A stretch of DNA of 60,547 nt from Nemertoderma westbladi (lineage: Eukaryota; Animalia; Xenacoelomorpha): the NCBI GenBank assembly GCA_032718475.1, contig JAUCBJ010007647.1:1-60547 (forward strand), in the 5' to 3' direction. Position 1 is the stretch's first letter, and the number at the start of each line of letters is the position of its first letter. The notes below the pieces were generated by a model. That model was given only the letters and a program-made list of their open reading frames with translations, was not told the DNA's origin and ran no database searches. Both the position numbers and the translations under genes were made by a program. This document shows positions 23,129 through 37,681 of this stretch, piece after piece.

Positions 23129-25794
23129 CCATGAGAACGACTGGGAAGTTGGTTGTACAAAAACACGTTATTTGTGCGCATTTATAAATATATTAAAAAA
23201 AGTCTAGATCAGTAGATGCTAAAAACTCTCACTTAACCATTCAGATAGCGGCTCAGATAATAGCTAAGCCGTCACCGACAACAATACTGCAATAAGACGA
23301 AGCCACTCATTCAACCAAAATAACACTAAATAATAACTATATCACTCAGTTTTCTACTCTAGTTGTTTTCATAAGAATATAATTTTTAATGTCTTAGTCC
23401 TGCTTCTGCACTCCCACATAGAACTGTAAAATATATTTTTTCAAAGTAATGCCCCATTGATCCAGATCTATTGCCTAAAAATTGTTAATTGTAGTAACTA
23501 TAATTAGTAGCATTTCGAAATGTCAACTATAGTCAACCTATAAATGTGAACCTAGTGCAGTTGTGAAATATTAAATATTGTAGTTCTTTAATTCTGCCGC
23601 CGAATCTGAATGAGCAAAATGCCAGAGCGCCGGGTAATAATGGTCACTTATAAGTTATATATAACACTTTCCATGTATTATATCTCATTTTGAATTTGAA
23701 TAACATTTTTAATTTATTTAGAACATCATTTAATTACGTTTACTTATTGTTTATATTTTTGACGAATACCGTATGTGTACGTTACATTGTACCTGGAGTT
23801 TATTCTGTTTCTTTTGGTGTTTTTTTTTAGTGAAACTAAATAAAACGAAAATCTTAACTAATCTTGTTTTGTTGAATATAATAGGTGTGACTACGGTCTT
23901 TTATTTTCGGACAAAATTTACAAAATGGACCGTCTTTTTGTTCAAATAATGCACCGTTGAATTTAAAATATGTCAATTCTAAAGAAATAGTAGATTCCAA
24001 ATTGAATTTAAGAAACCCGCCAAAAAGAAGGTAAGGAAGGAAGGATTAAATATAACAAATTATACAACAATTTATTCAGGTATTTATAAGACAAAGGCGG
24101 TAATCGTAAATATAAAACACGAATTTAATTCAAAAGGGGTTACGAAAACCAGGTAAGTCCCGGCCCATATGTTGACAAATAACAAACAATCGTAATAGTA
24201 TACATTGTAGAATGTGCATTTATTCCTCGACTACGCCTCGGAAAAAATGTGCACATTCCTCGAAAATGCGGATAAAAAAGTCGGACAAAAAAATAATTGC
24301 AAGGGTTCCATAATTGCAAAATTTGCATAATTGCAAAGCTTGCGTTACAAGGGTTCCAAATATGTAACAATATCTGAATTTTGTTGAGAAACAGCTCAGA
24401 TATATGCGATCAAAGATTGAAAGAAATATCGTTCGCTGGAGACAATTTACTCTTTTAATTTATACATAATATTTCTGGAACATTTTATTTATGAATGAAT
24501 ATTTGGATCAAATATTTGGCTCTTTAATGGCCAAAAGTGCCTTTTTTGCGCCAAGAATTTGTCGAAATTTAGAGTATAAGTTCAGAAGACCCTTGCATCC
24601 AAATGATCCAATTCTTCTGAATGTTTTTAACAGAAAATTGTTTGGGGCCATTTTAGACCAAAAGGGCACAAAAATGGGCTTTTTTGGACCTTTTTTGTAT
24701 GAAAACAGGCTCCAGGGCATTCCCAGCCAAATTTGTTCAGAAGAATTATGGACAGGGCGACAGGGGTATTCTGAACAAGAGTACCAAATTTCAGCTCATT
24801 TCAGTTAAAATTTGCGGAGAAATTGCCTTTTTCATGAAAAAAGGTCATTCTGAGATATAGGTGTTTATAGTTTAAGGAACAATTCAATCCTTCCCGCTAT
24901 TTTAGATAATACTATTTTTCTTTTTTCAACAATAAGTTTGTAAAAAATGAATGAAATTCAACGAAATATTTCATGCTTGCTAAACAGATAACTAGTAAAA
25001 CAACGTTTTAGCAATTTTATTCATATCTGTACCGTGAGAGCCTTTTTTATGAAAAGGGCCTTATTCAATTGTAAAATGTAGTGCTGCTCGGATGCGTGTC
25101 AAAAATCAGACTAGCTCATACGTTTTGGGTAATAACTTGAATTTGAAAAAAGATATGAGAAAATTGCTTGCAGATTAGAAATCTCCATTAAATTCGGCAC
25201 ATGATAGGATAAAAAAAGTTTTATTCTTAAATTGTTACTTTTTCGCTCGAATTTAGTTCAAAATCGGGAGAAAAAGTTTCACTTTTTTTCTCTAGGGAAA
25301 AAAAGTAACCCATAGGATTGCACTGATTTTACTTTTTTCCCAGCGAAAAAAGTCAATTAAAATATTTTTGGTGGAATTTCTTAAATTTTATTACATATAT
25401 TGAAAGAGCATCGACGTAGAAAAGGTTTGCAAGTAATTTGAGCAAAATCCATTCACTCACTCAAAAGTTATTGCCACTTTAGTGTCTGCAAACGAACTCT
25501 AGCGAACTCCAAAACGGAACTCAATATCCAATATTGGTTTAGGTAGTTAAGCGGCTCTCTAGTTACATAATAAATATTCGACAACACTCATTCACATTCG
25601 ACAACGACAATATTCGAAGGCAACATCGAGAGTTGAAGACAATAATATGAATCGCAGTAACTATGGAAGCAATGTAGTTAAATACTGCAGTTCAATTTAA
25701 TTTGCAACACTACTACTGTACTGTGCAGTATTTCGCTAGGTTTTATTAAGGAATTGAGCAACAAAAAAGTACAAATTTAAGAATAAAATTACGT

Positions 25795-25925
25795 ATTACA
25801 TGGGAAAAAAAACGTAGAACATTTTTTTTCAATATTCTCTCGACCCTTTATTAACCTCGCTGACGCTCGGTAAATAAAATGCCTCGAGATAAATGAAAAA
25901 AAATTCTACTTTTTTCCCATGTAAT
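25795..25925. repeat. ~130 bp palindromic mini-element; one arm recurs at ~15410-15470
   Basis: tattacatgggaaaaaa...ttttcccatgtaata inverted arms around ctcgctgacgctcg. Confidence 0.55.
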
Positions 25926-26259
25926 AAATAATTATTTTGACTATTTCCAAAATAGGGGGGGGGAGTGCTCCCCCTCTCCCTTTAATAATCTGCTCAAAAA
26001 TAGGCCAAATAACTAACTAATTAGGCAATATTAAATAGCTAACAATAATTAGTGCAAACTGATTTAATTTCAGGCGAGACTACGGTATGATATTAAATTT
26101 TGTTTCTCTACATTGAGTCGTTTATTGAAACATCACAAAAATAAGCATTGAATATTCCTCAGAAGAGTAAATAGCTTGCCTATTTTAATTGTTCGAAGCC
26201 CCCGAAGGCCCGTAGCACGACCTTCTGTTTCAGTTACCAGTCAGCTCATATATCCCATC

Positions 26260-27088
26260 ATAGTAGACATGTACCGAACAACAAGAGTCCCACAAGAAAT
26301 GAAAACAAATAAGTTGGTGTCAGTTCCCAAGAAGGGCAACCTAACACTATGGTTCTTTTCGGGGAATCTCATTGATCTCGATTGCTGCAAAGCTATACAA
26401 TAGAATTCTATTAAATCTATTAAATTTTGACAGTTAACTTTGAAAGTCCTCAGCAAGTCTCTGATCGGATGAGCATAAGCTCAAAGGATGGTATGCTTGA
26501 GCATGTGGACGACTTCTGTTACCTGGGATCATGGATCCGGAAGTCAAGTGAGGACCTTCGAATACGTAAGGGAAAGGCATGGACAGCCTTGAATAGGCTT
26601 TCCAGGATTTGGAATTCACCGAGAATTAATCGGAAACTTAAGGTCCGATTATTTAGAGCAGCAGTAGTTCCAGTACTCCTCTACGGGAGTCCATGCTGGG
26701 CTCTACCTGCTGAGGACACCAAATCTCTGGATGGCACATTCACAAGAATGCTACGCCGGAAGAATGCACACATCTCCAACCAGACACTATATAACATTGG
26801 AGGTGTCTCATTGGTTCCCCCAAGCTTGACACTAGAACAAAATCGCCTCCAAAATTGCATCAGAACAAAATTGCAGGACATTGCTTTCGCCGTGAGGACC
26901 AGCCAGTGCATAATCTTGTACTTTGGCAGCCTCATGGAGTGAATAAGCATGGTGGACAGCACATGACTTTCTTGAGACGCATCTTAAAGGACACTGGCCT
27001 TGAAGATGCGGATGATCTAGCAAATGTCATGGGTGATAGGGAGTTGTGGCGGTGCAATTTTGTTGACAAGCCGGCACAGCATTCTTAA
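26260..27088 (+). pseudogene. RTE-clade LINE relic (RT start and C-terminal region; core missing; frameshifted)
   Basis: VPKKGNL...GISLISIAAKLYNRIL; LEHVDDFCYLGS, KAWTALNRLSRIW, VLLYGS..W, LDGTFTRMLR. Confidence 0.85.
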
Positions 27089-27119
27089 AAATGCAGCTGC
27101 AATGCAGCATGCCGATCCT

Positions 27120-29640
27120 CACTATCCAACACCAACACTAGAAGCAGCATGTTCTAATGAGCTGAGGAGCCGTTGGGCTCCCTCTAGTGATTCTGAGAGT
27201 ACTCCTAAGTCATCAGCAAAGTCTAGATCAGTTAGGTACTTGGCAGGATTTCCTCGACTTTTGGAGCCAGTACCCTGCAAACAATGTATTGTTAAAAAGC
27301 TGTTATTAAAATGTTATTTAATGACATAGATAACATTATTTCAAATTGTTAGATTAATGATAAAAAAACTGTAAATTGGCCAAGAAATATGACGTTATAT
27401 ACTAACGTTATTATTTCGTTTTTAATAACATTAAAATAACAAAGCCAGGATGGTTACATATATCATTACTTTTATGTTATTCCTTATCATTATTATTGTA
27501 TTTTTATTGACATTAAAATAACAACGGCATAATGTTTATTTAGATCGTTACTTTTATGTTATTTCTTAACATAAAAATATTGTTTGCTAAAAACGTAACA
27601 TTATACGTGCATTTAAGCCCTTCTCTCATGTTTTATGGTTGGTTCGCTTGCTCAAACTAATAATCCCCCTCCATTGCCGTTCTTTATATCGTTCTTTATA
27701 ATTTCCAAACCCTTTATTGAATAATTAATTAATACAGTAATTTCCCTACGCATGTTGATATGGTAATGGCAGGCTACAATCTCTAACACAGTTTGATTGA
27801 ATACAATTTTGTTGTAGGCAATTGTATGCAAATTAATAACAATTAAAACGTATAACATGAATTGAATTTTTTGTATAATGACCAGTCAGGAACAAATAAT
27901 GAAATAAACAGCAAAATCAAAGTAAAATATCCCAGAATAAGTAAACAACAAATATATGGCTGTATGGCCCATTACTTAAATGGTTTTGATATTTCGGTTA
28001 AAGTTAATCACAGACCTAAAAAAGAATATGTTTATGACGTAATAATAAGTGACAACAACGTAATGAATTGCATCAATTAAAATACTTTGAGTTAATATTA
28101 TTCACTAGATTTATAGATCTGATTTGTAGTCTATATAAAATAATGTACATGTAGTGGGTTTAATAAATAATACCTCACAACAATGTTAAATTATTAAAAG
28201 GGGCAGGTTACAGTTGGCTACAGAGGCACATTATTATATCCTACGGGTAAACAAAAAAAAACAGGTTACAGATTTATTTCTGGGAGAGTAATCAGTACTT
28301 ATTTGAATCGATATCTCCCTGGAGAGGGATGATTTTGATTGCATCGCAAATCCTCCCTATCTGAACAAATCATATTTAAAAAATTAAATGTTAATTATAA
28401 TTATAGCTGAGTGAGCTTCATTTATTAAACTGTAAAAATAAATCAATAGGCCTAGGCCCTACAAAAGTACAATCTAAAAACTGAAACAATAAATAGTTTG
28501 TAATAACAGTTAATGTGAAGTTTTCAAATCGAAATCGAATCGAAAGTTTTGTAGTAATGCTGTCCCTGTGCCCTGCCCCTTCAACTGAAAACTGGGACCT
28601 CCCAATAATAAGAATTCCAATCTTTAGTCCTCGGCTGTTGAAATCCACCATCAGCAGATCAGTACAGACAAATAAGTCAATCCTCCACCTGTCAGTGCTG
28701 GTTTAAGGGGACTTCCTGCTCCTGGTCCTGGCAGACTTGAATTCTGTAATTGGTAGGTCTAATGCAGTAATGTATGAATCCAGAGGGTAAAGGCGAACTC
28801 GCATTCAGGTAGATATGTTTTATTTATGAGTTCAGGTTAAATAAATCACAAAACCAAAACTATAAAACCAAAAATATAAGCTACTGTACAGAGCAGTAGG
28901 CCTGCAGTAACTATACTACAGTAATATAGAGATAGGCCTTGCAGTACAGCAGTATAACAATACATATACAGAATAAACATTGAATACAGGCAGGCCAGAA
29001 TGAGTATTGTACAACATACCTGATACCATACCAGCATACTGTATACCATTTACATGTGGAAAATTCCTCCATTACCGCGAATTTTAAAATTAGCCAATCA
29101 TCAATCTCAGATTAGATAATAGAAGTGACAGCGTCTATCGCATAATGTTTATTTTATGTGACAAAATAACATTGTTCTGATATGTAACAAACCATGTTCT
29201 TAAAATGTTAGGACTAAACACTTATAAAACATTTTTGACTAATGTTTATGTTCTCACATTAAAATTACGTTTTTTTAACATCAACAGTTATCATTTATTT
29301 AATGTCTGACAAAGACATTATAGAGTAATGTTAAAATAACATATATTGAACATCTAAATATTCTATCAAACAAGGAATAACATTTATCAACATTTATAAC
29401 AAATTAATGATGTTTTTCTGACATTCCTTGAAAGTAAATTGTTTGCAGGGTAGGTGGAGTTATCATCACCCCATCATCATTATGATGATCTAAGGACATG
29501 CGTAGAACATAGTCAACCACAATTATGAACAAGAATGGTGCAAGTGTGTCTCCCTGGAGGACGCCCCATAACACTTCAAATGGTTCTGTGTCACCATCAA
29601 CAGTAGACAAAAATGTTGTCGAACCATCGTATACTGATCT
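27120..29640 (-). pseudogene. RTE-clade RT core fragment split by a 2.2-kb TA-flanked insertion
   Basis: GVLQGDTLAPFLFIIVVDYVLR...ITPP (29452-29640) rejoins in frame to TGSKSRGNPAKYLTDLDFADD (below 27272) once the insertion and one TA are removed. Confidence 0.85.
27273..29450. mobile_element. Non-autonomous TIR DNA element with TA target duplication
   Basis: TA|CCCTGCAAACAAT ... ATTGTTTGCAGGG|TA; excision restores the RTE frame. Confidence 0.85.
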
Positions 29641-29905
29641 GATCTGGTATTTTATTAATGTACCGGTACGTATTACAGTAAACGTACATTAATTTATATT
29701 GGAAACATGTACCGGTAGCTCTACATTGAGTAGGGAGCGGAAATTTTCATATAACAATACTTTGGAGGAAATTCCTACCCTGCCCCAACTGGTGGTTTAC
29801 CGTATATTACTGTATTTTAATATTCATTTTAGAGTTTTTATTCATCAGCTGTACAACCGGACTAAGTAGCGATAACACCAGAACACTGTAACAGTAGTAC
29901 CGGTA

Positions 29906-30774
29906 CCGGTGTCACAAGGAAATCAGCCCCCCCTAGAATATGCCCCCCGGGGCATTATTTCCTAGGATATTATGTCCCCCCGGGCAATTTTTCCTAGGAA
30001 ATTAAGCCCGGGGGGGCATTTTCTCCTTAGGAAATAATGCCTCCCCTCAGGAAAATTAGCCCCCCTCAAAAGTCTGAAAACTGGTACGATACCGGTCTGC
30101 TGGTAGCCACTTTTAATCTACCAACTGCAGAACTTGTAATAGTTGGAAGAATAGTACGGTACCGGTCTGCCGGTAGGTAAGCAGGTAAGGCAGTAAGGGA
30201 TGTAGAACAGCATACTGAAGTATCTAAGTCAGTAGGCACTGTACAGCTGTAGTAAGTACTGGTATAACAGCAGTGCGAGTGTGTGGTGTTGTGTGGGCGC
30301 CGAGCAGCTCCAAGCTTTTTTAAGTCTGTAACCTGCTCCTTTGCCTTTCCCTGATTTGGTAAAGTGATTGTTTATTGTTTTGGTTAGAAAATCCCGTCTC
30401 TGTAACCTGCTCCTTTCCCTGATTTGCTAAAGTGACTGTTCATTGTTTTGGTTAGAAAATCCCGCCTCTGTAACCTGCTCCTTTCCCTCAATTAGTTAAA
30501 TGATCGTTTATTGTTTTGGTTAGAAAGGCCTGCCTCTGTAACCTGCTCCTTTCCTTCATTTGGTAAAGTGACTGTTTATTGTTTTGTATAATTTTTGTAA
30601 GTTTTAGTATGTAGTAGTAATAAGTTTTGTTTATTGTATAATTCAGGGGGGGCATAATTTCCTAAGGGGGGGCATTTTTTCCTAGGGAAATTTGCCCGGG
30701 GGGGGCATTTTTTCCTAGGAAAATATGCCCCCCGGGCACATTTCCCGGGGGGGCATATTTTCCTGTTACACCGG
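29906..30774. mobile_element. TA-flanked MITE with G/C-run-rich subterminal repeats and ~4 internal ~62-bp tandem units
   Basis: TA|CCGGTGTCACA ... TGTTACACCGG|TA; tctgtaacctgctccttt units at 30325-30590, related to 46230-46310. Confidence 0.8.
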
Positions 30775-30894
30775 TATGCCAGTAGCAGGCCCTATTTAAG
30801 TAGGCCTATTTCATTGATAGGCTTAATAATAATACAGTAATACAGTAATAGGCCTAATTAATTATTAAACTCTGTTAAACTAAGTTCAGCGACA

Positions 30895-31779
30895 ATGAGT
30901 GTTGGGTTTATTGGAGCCGGACGTATCGCCCTAGCAATGAGTAGGGGAATCCTGAAGACTGGCCTCATTAAACCCAACCGAATAACTGCGAGCGCCCCTA
31001 GAGGGCGCGGTAACTCTCTCATGGAATTAAAAAAACTCGGCGCCAACACGACGATAGACAACCGCGAGTGTGTGCGCGCCAGCGACATTGTGTTTATATC
31101 GGTGAAAGCCGATCTGGTACCGACAGTGCTGGAGGAAATACATCCGGTTGTTGATAAATCCAAACTGTTTATAAGTGTCGCCGCCGGAGTTACTATAGAC
31201 GCTATACAGTTGAGTTTACCGGCAGAATCACGAATTATTCGCGCGATGACGAATACCCCGTGTGCTGTAGGTACGGCTGCGACTGCGTTCAGTGCGGGTA
31301 ACCACGCAACCGCTAGCGATAGTCGTGTCGCTATGGAGTTACTAAGCAGCTTCGGGTATTGCGTCCAATTAGACGAGAGCATGTTGGACGCAGTGTGCGG
31401 ATTGGCTGGCAGCGGGCCCGCGTACGCCTACGTGTTTATCGAGGCGTTGGCGGACGGCGGGGTCCGTATGGGTTTACCGCGGGGGTTATCGACTCGTCTC
31501 GCGTGCGAAGTTGTCCTCGGCGCCGCTCGCATGGTGCTAGACACCGGAGATCACCCGAGCCAACTGAAGGACAACGTTAGCAGCCCAGGTGGGTCTACTA
31601 TCTGCGCGTTACACGGGTTGGACGCCAGTGGGTTCCGGGGGTTGGTTATAGACGCGGTTAGGGACGCCACATTGCGGACAACGGAACTTAGCGAACTCGC
31701 TAACCAAGGGATCGGGGTTAAACAGCGACAAACCTTACTGCCTAATGGTTCGTCTGCAACCGGTAAAGGTCAATTATAG
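30895..31779 (+). CDS. PYCR: Pyrroline-5-carboxylate reductase (single exon)
   Basis: MSVGFIGAG Rossmann start, ISVAAGVTI, IIRAMTNTP, GLAGSGPAY, EALADGGVRMGLPR, LKDNVSSPGGSTI. Confidence 0.96.
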   Translation: MSVGFIGAGRIALAMSRGILKTGLIKPNRITASAPRGRGNSLMELKKLGANTTIDNRECVRASDIVFISVKADLVPTVLEEIHPVVDKSKLFISVAAGVTIDAIQLSLPAESRIIRAMTNTPCAVGTAATAFSAGNHATASDSRVAMELLSSFGYCVQLDESMLDAVCGLAGSGPAYAYVFIEALADGGVRMGLPRGLSTRLACEVVLGAARMVLDTGDHPSQLKDNVSSPGGSTICALHGLDASGFRGLVIDAVRDATLRTTELSELANQGIGVKQRQTLLPNGSSATGKGQL

Positions 31780-33764
31780 CTGTCCATCATTATCTCACTG
31801 GTCAAGGTTATTTCTATGTTAGGGTTAAGTCTGTAAGTGTGTAAGAGGGATCAGCATCAGGGATTTCTATTTGGAATTCAATTTTCTCATATTTTGCAGT
31901 ATATACATACAGGTAGTGTGGCGGTGTAGGTACGGAACGGGATTTGGGCTACTTTATTATATCACTTTATTTTACAATGATGAAATATAAGTAAAATAAA
32001 ATGATATTAAAGAGTAGTAATTATAGCTTATTATAGCAGACAATTCCGAGAAAAATTAATTTTGAGTTATGTATTACATAAGAAACGCATAAGAAGATTT
32101 TGAAATATTCATTTAAATGGTGGAAAATGCTGGTTTTAAATCGAATTAAATCCTAACTCTCGCTCTGTTCATCTGTCTGTCTGTCTGTCAAAAATATAAA
32201 AGCATTCTAGCTAACTTGCTAACTATAATTTTGTTGTGTGGGTATTTCTTGTCTGAGATTTCATTTCTGATGTCAGTTTTCATTATTGAAGAAATCTAGA
32301 CTGTATCTGTCGGTCTGTCTGTCTGTCATAAATAAAGAAGCATATTAGCTAACTAAAATTTCATTAGAAGGTTCTTCTGATCGGGAAATATATTTCCGAT
32401 TTCAGTTTTCTTGCTTGAAGTGATCTAGACTGAATGTGTGTCTGTCTGTATGACAGTATTGAATCCATAAAAGATAAAAAGTGACATCAGAAATGAAATC
32501 AGCGACCCCCAGAAAAGATCCATAAAATCAATCCGCCCAACCTCCCAAGAGTTAAGAATCACTGACTAATTTGACATACAATATGATATAAGACTGACAG
32601 GCGGACAGACCGACAAAACATAGAATTTTATCAAAACTTTTATGTTCAATGCAAAGAAACATACCTGATGAACATATTTTGAAAAAAAAAAATTTTTAAC
32701 TTTATTTTCCATTTTCTCAAAATGAATTCTGCCCGGAATTGTCGGGTTTCTATATGCACTGACACTGTCATATATTTCACTGAATAGTTTCAGTACTAGC
32801 GGGAGCGGCATTTATTACCCAACTCCACACTTCGGGATTAAGAGATTACTTTACCGGTAGAACAATAATTTGGGCTTAAGTTACTTAATTGATAATTAAT
32901 TATCGACTCGGTCAGTCTTTCTATCTCTACATTACAATTACAATTAATATGTTATGAATTAAGTTTAAAATTTATTTATACGAATGTGGTAAATAACGTT
33001 TTATAATCTGCCTTTGAACTTTTCGTATCTGTGGGGCGAGCCACGTAGTAGACGAGGGGGCGTGAAAAAAAGGTATCAAATTATTTCCATTTATTTCATG
33101 GTTTTATGGCAGTGGTATTATTTGATTTATTTATTTATCACAGGTGTTTTTATACTTATAGAAAATTATTTATATTAATATTTATTTATTGTGTTTATTG
33201 TTTGTTTGTTTAATGTAAAATCCATTCGAAAAGAGTTGTTTAGCTTTCAACTCCCTGTGTGGCACTTTTGTAACACTTAATTCCGAACGGATTATCCTTA
33301 ATTAATAATTGAACATTGGGACGAGATATCAATTTATTCACCGTAATGGGATTTGCGGGATCGCATTCGATCTGGGGGGGCTGGCCTTATTTACCCATCT
33401 TACCAATGTGTAAAAGCGCAAATGGATTTCGAAGCGGAATATATATGGGCGATAAAAAGTTGTAATTTTCACCCTGGCGAGTGGCTATTTATTTACGTAG
33501 TTTGTTATCTACAGGTTTGGAATCCTTCCCAATACGTTCCAGCTGTTGGATCACGTTCCCGAATTACAATTAAATGCTAAGCACGATGAACTGGAGCTCT
33601 GACAATTCGCCCCCAAACGGTAGACGGATGAACTGTAACAGTCTGTATGTGTGTAGAATTTGTAAACTTTTGATAGACTACAAGTGTAACCAAGTTTGGT
33701 TCCATTTCATCCAGCGATAGTCCAGTTGAGTTTGGCTAAGGTACAACAACGCTGAGCAGCTGCT

Positions 33765-35769
33765 CGGCAGCTCCAAACCAAAACCCAGTATGTCAATTTT
33801 TTTCGAAATCGGTTTTTGGGGGCGTAGAATTCATCTGACTCAGTTTCGAAACCATAGCACTAACCGATTTCGCAGTATTAACAATTAATTAATTAACTAA
33901 TTAGCTAATTTAGAGCAAATACCACGTCGAAAGACAGTAATGTTAGTTACTGGGTTTCGTGTATCCTTTCTGGTGTTATTTTGAAAAAGTTACTCCATCA
34001 AAACCCAGTATGTGCTCAAAAATCCCAAGATCCTACGCCAAAACCCAGTAACTGCACTTACTGGGTTTCGAGCAAAATTATTTACTGGGTTTTCACATGG
34101 TATTTTCTGAACAAAATCGTGTATCGTTTCCGAAAGACAAATTGTCCAAGTCAAAACCCAGTATGTATATTGTCAATGTCAGATTTACCACGTAAAAAAT
34201 CCAGTAAACAGAGTTACTGGGTTTCTAGCAGTTTGGGATACTGGGTTTTGACGTGGGATTTCCCGAATGCAGATACTATTCCAAACCAAAACCCAGTAAC
34301 TCCGGCAACGCAACAAACGTAGACAAATAATTAAATGTTCTAGAATATTATATTCTAGAATGTTGCCTCTTTGTTTTCGCTAACCGTTGGCGAAGGAAGT
34401 CAGCAGAGTTACTGGGTTTTGGCTAAAGGACTTGTCAGTTACTTGGTTTGGCATGGGCCATTGCCAGGAGCCATTGCGGCACCCTACAATGACCTCCTGT
34501 TATTGCAGAGTCTAGTTGCATATAACAAGATAAATAAGGAGATTTCAAAGGTAACCAGCGAAAAACTAAATAATCATCTGTGGTATCTCTCTGAGGTGTT
34601 AGTTGGTCTTGCCTTCTTTGATGAAGAAATCCCAACCCCTACCAAAATACTGGTGGTGGAAGCATTAGATGGTATGGATAGCGAAGATCATGATACAGTA
34701 AAGAAACACCCAAAGCTGGACTTGCAGTTCATTGCTATCAAAGGTATAGAGTCCTTTGTTACTCCACGTACCAAGTTGTTCTTCACTAATCTTCGATTAC
34801 CAGTAGATTTCTTATCAACAAACCCAAGCGAGTGGAAGAAACAACAAAGATACAATGTGGCTCGGGAGAAGGTTCGTACAATCAAGGTTGTGAATGACTA
34901 TGCTGAAAGAGCAGTTGACCTTATAGCCACACAACCGTCTACTGACAAAAGAGGAAGAGCAGTTCCAGTTCCTCCTTCAAGTGGTCACTGAACATCGCGC
35001 AAGATTTCCAAAATGTAGTAAAAGAGACTTGATTACATAAATTAATCTTATGATATCTATTATGTGTTAACTTTTTGTTATTATTCTGAGTTTGTTTTTG
35101 TGTTATGTTTTTCATGTTATTATTATTTAGATCAATTTACAATAGAAATTGATAAAAGTGTAATAATTTATGTTTGTATATAAACCTCTTTGTTATAGTA
35201 TCAACAAGTTATCTATATTGATACTATACTTATATTTTGTTCGCATCGATCAATTTTTGAAAACTTTAAGGGTCTTGGACTACCACTAAACATTGTTTAT
35301 TTTAGACCAAACTTTGCCAGAATCATTTTTACAAATGACATTCTAAATTTGGAGGGTGAGACCATAAATTATCACTTTTTTCAAATTTCGTTCACTTTAA
35401 GGGACACCCTAATGGGAAAGGCAACTGATTGGAAAAGTTAAATGTTAGTTTACTGGGTTTTGGTGTGGGCAAACTAGTTACTGTGTTTTGAAATGGGAAT
35501 CGTGACGTTACTGGGTATTGATGCATCAAAAATCACAATTGTTTTCTTTTCTACCATACCAAAACCGTGTAAGTCGATTTATATGAAAAGTAAGGAATAA
35601 AGTAAAAAAAAAGTTTTGGCACTATGTACAATTTGTAAAGGTACACAAAATTATAACTCATCAAATTAAATTTCAACCAAATGCCAGCTGTTTAAAGTCC
35701 AAAAACTTTAAACGTGATATCTCGAAAAGTAAAAAAATGGACTTACTGGGTTTTGGTTTGGAGCTGCCG
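33765..35769. mobile_element. TIR DNA element with many internal AAAACCCAGTA motifs; contains a transposase fragment
   Basis: CGGCAGCTCCAAACCAAAACCCAGTA at 33765 and its reverse complement ending at 35769; TSD not evident. Confidence 0.75.
34440..35040 (+). pseudogene. C-terminal fragment of a cut-and-paste transposase (Sola2-like by motif recall), frameshifted near 34930
   Basis: APYNDL, NHLWYLSE.LVGLAFFD, KVVNDYAERAV, then shifted LTKEEEQFQFLLQVV.EHR..FP; possible own terminus GGGACACCC at 35401-35409. Confidence 0.65.
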
Positions 35770-37681
35770 CGTTACACAGTAGGCCTGTCATGTGGTTGTA
35801 CGTAGAGAACACGTTCGTGGGGCCATCGCGCAGGACGAGGGTCAGTTATTAGATATAGATTAAAATTGAGCAAATCTATTCCAAAATCGGTACATCGGTA
35901 AAGTTTGCCCATAGCGCTAGCGCAGTAGAGATACCAAAAGTCGAGGTCGCCAACGAAACTGCGACAGACAGAGGCGGTGGCATTGATGGCGAGTTGTTTG
36001 AGTACCGGTACATGATATGGCTGAATAGTCGAGAATAACTGAATAATCTGCCATCTGGAAATGCTGGAATGGCTGAAGAAAGTGAAATAGGCCTACCACA
36101 CTTTCCAAGGCTGCAAGGCCACATTATTAATTGCTGCATTGTGTACAGGTATTGCTGAATTACAAACCCACCTGATAGGAACCTTGAGTTTAAGATTGAA
36201 ATCATTTGTATGTATATCTTGCATCGAATATAAAACTTGTGGAATTTTATATAAACCTAAATTACCAACAAATATAATGAATTCAACAGAACGACTTCAT
36301 GAAACATAAATTAATGTACGTCCCCGCTGGATTATAGAAGATATATCGGATTCAATTAAAGAGAAAGGAGCAGGTTGCAGTGCTTACTCACAAAGCAAAC
36401 GCAAGTCAGGAAAAGTGAACTGTATTAAAGGACTTTAAAGGGTTTAAGAACGGGGGGGGGGGGTCAACATATGATGAAATATTAATAACACTATAAGAAC
36501 TCTCAGCTAATATTCCACAGTTATGACACAAAAGAGAAACCAACCTAAATCTGGGGAAAAAAATAGGTAATTTATAACAAAATACCAGACAGGCAGGTTA
36601 TACTATTGAGTTATTTAAGACGACATTCTGGGTAAGAATAAGTAAAGCCTTAAAGTTCCAGACATCTTAAAAACATGAAACTCAGCAAAATTTTACTTGT
36701 TTTATAATAAAAATTTACTAACAAAATTAACCAATTCATATTGATACATTACACAATACATACTGCAGTTTTATAACATTTAAAGTAAAGTATAAAAATA
36801 ATAACAATTAATTATTTATGTAAATCTTACTTCATTTGTTTGTCTCAAAAATTACTTTATGTGACTCCAATTTAACTTTCCTAATTCCGATTAACGGTTA
36901 TGTTAATATTGTATTTATCGAAATAAAGTAAGTTGCGGCATTAGGCATACATACAAACTATAAACTAAAGCAACACTGGCCTAGGCATGGTACCGCCTAT
37001 TAATGGAAGGAATTTTCGGGAGACCAAGCCAGGAAATTACAATAAAGGGTCGTGAAATATGTCGTGTATGGTGCAGTGGTTGTACAACAACTACAGCTGA
37101 CGACACTTTCTTTCTCCGTTTCGGATTTCAGCCTATTATTGATTGCATGCAACATCTAGGTCAGTTACTTTTAGGTTTACAGTTTTGTTATCTCCTACAT
37201 AGGCTTTTTAGTTTACTTGCTTTACTTTGATCAAAACAATTGTTAATAATCGTTAATTAATAATAATTATTCACGCTTATTATATAACTAATTTGTGTTT
37301 TTATTTATTTAATTGCAAAATATTATAAAATATGTTGCTGTGCTGCTGGTTATCAACTGCGTGTTCATTAAGGGTGGGGCTATTAAGGTTAATTTTTGGG
37401 GTCAAGCAAGTTCATTCAAATTTCTTTCAGTTCTTTCAGTTTGATAATGTTTCGACATTCATGCCTCTTGAATATTCTAAGTTAATAAGTCTATAAAAAC
37501 AAGAATCATGCATCAGTCAACGGATAAAGTGAACAACCCGATCATAATAATGTTATTAGCTTGAACGAATGGTAGTAAAATCTTCCTCACATCTGTTTAA
37601 GAATAAGATACCAAAAACAGAAACATATCTATTACATTGATGCGACTTGTAACTTTATTCGGCTAATTAAAGTTAAAAAAT

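Noticed and set aside
30858-31382. 174-aa antisense ORF over PYCR, and similar shadow ORFs over BDP1, the LINEs and BEL
   Set aside because: Antisense or alternate-frame shadows of real GC-richer ORFs with no motifs
30895-31779. Intronless PYCR as a bacterial horizontal transfer
   Set aside because: The MSVGFIGAG start and ADGGV.MGLPR motif are animal PYCR-like, and neighbouring eukaryote-specific genes are also intronless
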